A stretch of 64,000 nt of DNA from Macrostomum lignano (Eukaryota). Shown here piece after piece: positions 60,281-64,000 of this stretch. The stretch covers positions 217,621 through 281,620 of the forward strand of contig NIVC01001824.1 of assembly GCA_002269645.1 (NCBI GenBank), given 5' to 3'. How positions within the stretch are numbered: the stretch's first letter is position 1; each line of letters opens with the position of its first letter. Both the position numbers and the translations under genes were made by a program. The notes under the pieces are model-generated. The model made no database searches, was not told the DNA's origin, and saw only the letters and a program-made list of their open reading frames with translations.

Positions 60281-61379
60281 ATAAAAAGCTACTCAACTAA
60301 ACTCAACTCAATCCCTTCTCAAGGGATTTCAACCTGATTATTCATCTGAAACTTTGCTGATTAAATTAAATAGGAATAAAATGAAAAATACTGCCTGCAA
60401 ATTCACGCAGACCTTCAATCGTGAATCAAGAGCTTTCTATGAAATTCTCCCTGCATGTACTTCTCCTCCGGACGTATATAGTTTCTTAGTAGCTCTCGAA
60501 GTCAGAAATGATGAATTGAGCGGTTGATTCTGCACTCAACAGCCCTGCACAGTGACAGGTTATCTAAGCACTGACGAACGGGGTTGATAAAGATAACTTG
60601 CATAGCGTATCAGTTTATACTCAAAGCTATATGCTGATTTATTGAGTTTACTAAGCTCACAGAAAAGAGTCTATACATGTTTGCGGTGCCCTAAGGAAGG
60701 TAAAATATTATTGAATTCTATTTTATGATACATTTCTATAGAATATGTGGTAGTAGATGTGGGCAGTCTATATTTTATCTAGTGTATCAGAAGTGACTCA
60801 AATCTTCACAGTTAAAGTTGTTTAACAAAAGTCTTTTTAATTCGGGTCAGCTAAGGTCAGCTGGGTGTTACAGGAGTATCCAAATATGGGTGGAAATTTA
60901 CAGCAAAACATTTAACACACACAATAAAGCATGCAAGATCCGAACAGTAGTGAAATGAGGGTTGTAAAAAAATGAAATATCCACTGCAATACTGCTAGCC
61001 AAATAGTTAGCGGTACAGATGATTGCATTTATCATGCAAAGCTAGAATATCATTGGGCCATAGACTAAGTTTGCTAAGTTTTGCTCTCAGTCGAGTTTCT
61101 CAGTGAGAAATTTACGAGTTGCTATGGCCCACTTATCTTGGTTCAGCTTTAAATGTCCATTTTTTAGCTTAGCTAAAAAAGCCATTTTAGCTTGTATGGC
61201 TTAACTAAAGCCATACAAGAATAACTATACATTTCACTCACAGTAGCAAAATGAGCGTTTTTGGCCTTTATAATGATAAAATTTATTTAAGTTTTTTGAA
61301 GCTGCAACGATCGCTTCTGGCTCGTTTCTTTCTACAAGCAGACCAGGCCGATAAACAGTTTGGCTTTTCTCTTGCCCGC

Positions 61380-61625
61380 TTGTGGTCTGACTTTGACCTC
61401 TTCCTTTACTGCTCTCTCATTGGCTGGGCTGGATTGGGCCTGCCCCCTAGGCGGAGTTTCGTCCGTCTGACTTCGCCCTCTCTCCTTACTGGTCTCTCAT
61501 TGGCTGGGCTAGAGTGGGCCTTGCCCCTAGGCTGAGTCTCGTCCGTCTGACTTTGACTTCTCTCCTTAACTGCTCTTTCATTGGCTGGGCTAGATTGGGC
61601 CTTGCGTAGGCTGAGGTTCGTCCCT
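61380..61625. repeat. Three diverged repeats of about 80 bp containing CTCTCATTGGCTGGGCT (CCAAT on the minus strand)
   Basis: ATTGGCTGGGCT recurs at about 61418, 61499 and 61580. Confidence 0.8.
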
Positions 61626-62182
61626 CTTGCGTTCACTTGTGCACGTCGAGTCAAATACTTATTGTTCATTCTCAACCCCATATGTCCCCGAGGCCGCAAA
61701 AATCCAAAAGAAAGGAAATTTTAGCTGCCACATTAAATTTAGGTGACACTGCGCAGAAAAAACACTGAAAAAGAGTAGACCCTCTACTTTTTCATAACTA
61801 ACATAGCGTGTTGACATACCCAGTTATTCTAGTATCGGTGGTTAGTAGTGTGTTTTGATTTTTAGCGAGTTCACTGGCGAAATCGAAAAAAAAAGATTTT
61901 ATGGCGGGTAAGACGGGGCAGCCGGTGAGGAGATGGTGAGGGAGGGCTAGACACGAATCAGAGATCTACGAATTAAAGAAATTTATTGTTTTATATATGC
62001 TTTAATCATGTGTGGACAAAGCAAAGGGGAGAGACCAAACAAGTTTCGAAAGGCTATAATTGTTATTTTCTAAGGTTTTCATTGGGCTAAATTAATTAGG
62101 TCAGCATAGATTACGAGTTGAAAAAATTCACTCAGTCGCTGTTAGCTCCAGAATGTCTTCGATCAAGAATTCAGCTTGGGCT

Positions 62183-64000
62183 TCAAACGTCCAGGGCATC
62201 GGATTGGTCTTCGGTTGATTCCTGTTGCTTCTGTTCCGGTGCGTCTTCGAGATTCTGATTCGCTTCATTTTTTACAGCTTCCGCTTCCGGTTCAGCAGGT
62301 TTCACTTCCGGTTCAGCTGGTTTCACTTCCGGTTCAGCTGGTTTCGCTTCCGGTTCGGCTGGTTTCGCTTCCGGTTCGGCTGGTTTCGCTTCCGGTTCAG
62401 TAGGTTTCGCTTCCGGTTCAGTAGGTTTCGCTTCCGGTTCAGCAGTTTCACTTCCGGTTCGGCTGGTTTCGCTTCCGGTTCGGCTGGTTTCGCTTCCGGT
62501 TCAGTAGGTTTCGCTTCCGGTTCAGTAGGTTTCGCTTCCGGTTCAGCAGGTTTCACTTCCGGTTCGGCTGGTTTCGCTTCCGGTTCAGTAGGTTTCACTT
62601 CCGGTTCAGTAGGTTTCGCTTCCGGTTCAGTAGGTTTCGCTTCCGGTTCAGTAGGTTTCGCTTCCGGTTCGGCTGGTTTCGCTTCCGGTTCGGCTGGTTT
62701 CACTACCGGTTCGGCTGGTTTCACTACCGGTTCGGCTGGTTTCGCTTCCCGTTCGGCTGGTTTCGCTTCCGGTTCAGTAGGTTTCGTTTCGGGTTCAGCT
62801 GGTTTCGCTTCCGGTTCGGCTGGTTTCGCTTCCGGTTCGGCTGGTTTCGCTTCCGGTTCGGCTGGTTTCGCTTCCGGTTCAGCTGGTTTCGCTTCCGGTC
62901 CGACTGGTTTCGCTTCCGGTTCAGCTGGTTTCGCTTCCGGTTCCGATAGCTTGACTTCAGGTTCCGCCTTCTTGAATTCCTGTTCCGTCGCCACTGGCGG
63001 AGGTGGCGGCGCTTGTGGTTCGGGTGGCGGCACCTGTAGCTGAGGTGGCTGCACCTGCACCTGAGGTGGTTGCACCTGCGGCTGAGGTGGCTGCACCTGC
63101 ACCTGAGGTGGCTGCACCTGCACCTGAGGTGGCTGCACCTGCACCTGAGGTGGCTGCACCTGCACCTGAGGTAGCTGCACCTGCACCTGAGGTGGCTGCA
63201 CCTGCACCTGAGGTGTGCTGCACCTGCACCTGAGGTGGCTGCACCTGCACCTGAGTGGCTGCACCTGCACCTGAGGTGGCTGCCACCTGCACCTGAGGTG
63301 GCTGCACCTGCACCTGAGGTGGCTGCACCTGCACCTGAGGTGGCTGCACCTGCACCTGAGGTGGCTGCACCTGCGGCTGTGACGCCTGCACTTGTGGTGG
63401 CGGTTGAGACTGCGCCACGCGCATCTGGTTTCCAGCATCTTCAGACACTATTTGCTGGTGCATCGCTACCTGCATCTGCTGAGGCTGGGGTTGCGATTTC
63501 TGCTGCTGTTGCAGCTGCTTGATAGGGGATTCTAGCTTTGGGACAACTTGCTGATTCTGAGCAGGCAGCTGCTGTGACGGTTGCACATGCTGTTCCTGTA
63601 GACGAACCTGCTGTTGTTGAGGATGCATTTGTTGCTTCTGAGGACGAATCTGCTGTTGCTGCTGAGGCTGCATCTGCTGTTGCTGCTGAGGCTGCATCTG
63701 CTGTTGCTGAGGCTGCATCTGCTGTTGCTGCTGAGCTGCATCTGCTGTTGCTGAGGACGAATCTGCTGTTGCTGCTGAGGCTGCATCTGCTGTTGCTGAG
63801 GCTGCATCTGCTGTTGCTGCTGAGGCTGCATCTGCTGTTGCTGAGGACGAATCTGCTGTTGCTGCTGAGGCTGCATCTGCTGTTGCTGCTGAGGCTGCAT
63901 CTGCTGTTGCTGAGGACAAATCTGCTGTTGCTGCTGAGGACGAATCTGCTGTTGCTGCTGAGGACGAATCTGCTGTTGCTGCTGAGGCTGCATCTGCTGT
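62183..64000 (-). CDS. 3' end of a highly repetitive protein (poly-Q/QMQP, PPQVQVQ and EPEAKPA repeats, acidic tail), with several one-base frameshifts; continues beyond the window
   Basis: Unique in-frame linkers (QQVVPKLESPIKQLQ; PPPPVATEQEFKKAEPEVK) and a unique tail EAVKNEANQNLEDAPEQKQQESTEDQSDALDV* (stop 62183-62185). The frame breaks coincide with aberrant repeat units at about 62445, 63216, 63254, 63284 and 63735. Confidence 0.7.

Noticed and set aside
62225-63043. 272-aa plus-strand GSAGFAS ORF
   Set aside because: Antisense of the EPEAKPA repeat. The minus frame has the coherent unique linkers and tail.

Overview
Eukaryotic (animal) genomic DNA, not prokaryotic. It has spliced genes, poly-Q tracts and very dense mini/microsatellites; the style is consistent with a free-living flatworm such as Macrostomum, but that is inference only. 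Host genes: a filamin-repeat gene (+, exons about 6109-9722), an unknown Q/A-rich gene (-, 11450-13458), an intronless Cys/Pro-rich protein (34829-35206), a 4-exon C2H2 zinc-finger gene (44208-47970), a 3-exon calreticulin ending KDEL (49506-53100), an intronless divergent nicotinic-receptor subunit (-, 55831-57285), and the 3' end of a Q/P/E-rich repeat protein running off the right edge. The most notable element is a Penelope-like retroelement at the left edge (-, about 1081-4860). Its ORF1 carries an AlkB (ALKBH2/3-type) dioxygenase with all catalytic motifs present, once a one-base break is corrected. ORF1 ends in a U-UUA-AAC slippery heptamer followed by UAG, overlapping the reverse transcriptase (RT) frame in -1. 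The RT is cut off before its catalytic motif. Also present are a 6.3-kb 44/46-bp satellite, several MITEs (miniature inverted-repeat transposons) with terminal inverted repeats (TIRs) and target-site duplications (TSDs), three of them nested in calreticulin intron 1, and a tandem G-rich/hairpin module. Several single-base indels in homopolymers and repeats suggest long-read consensus errors, so every frameshift call needs checking against reads. Family assignments come from recalled motifs, not database searches.
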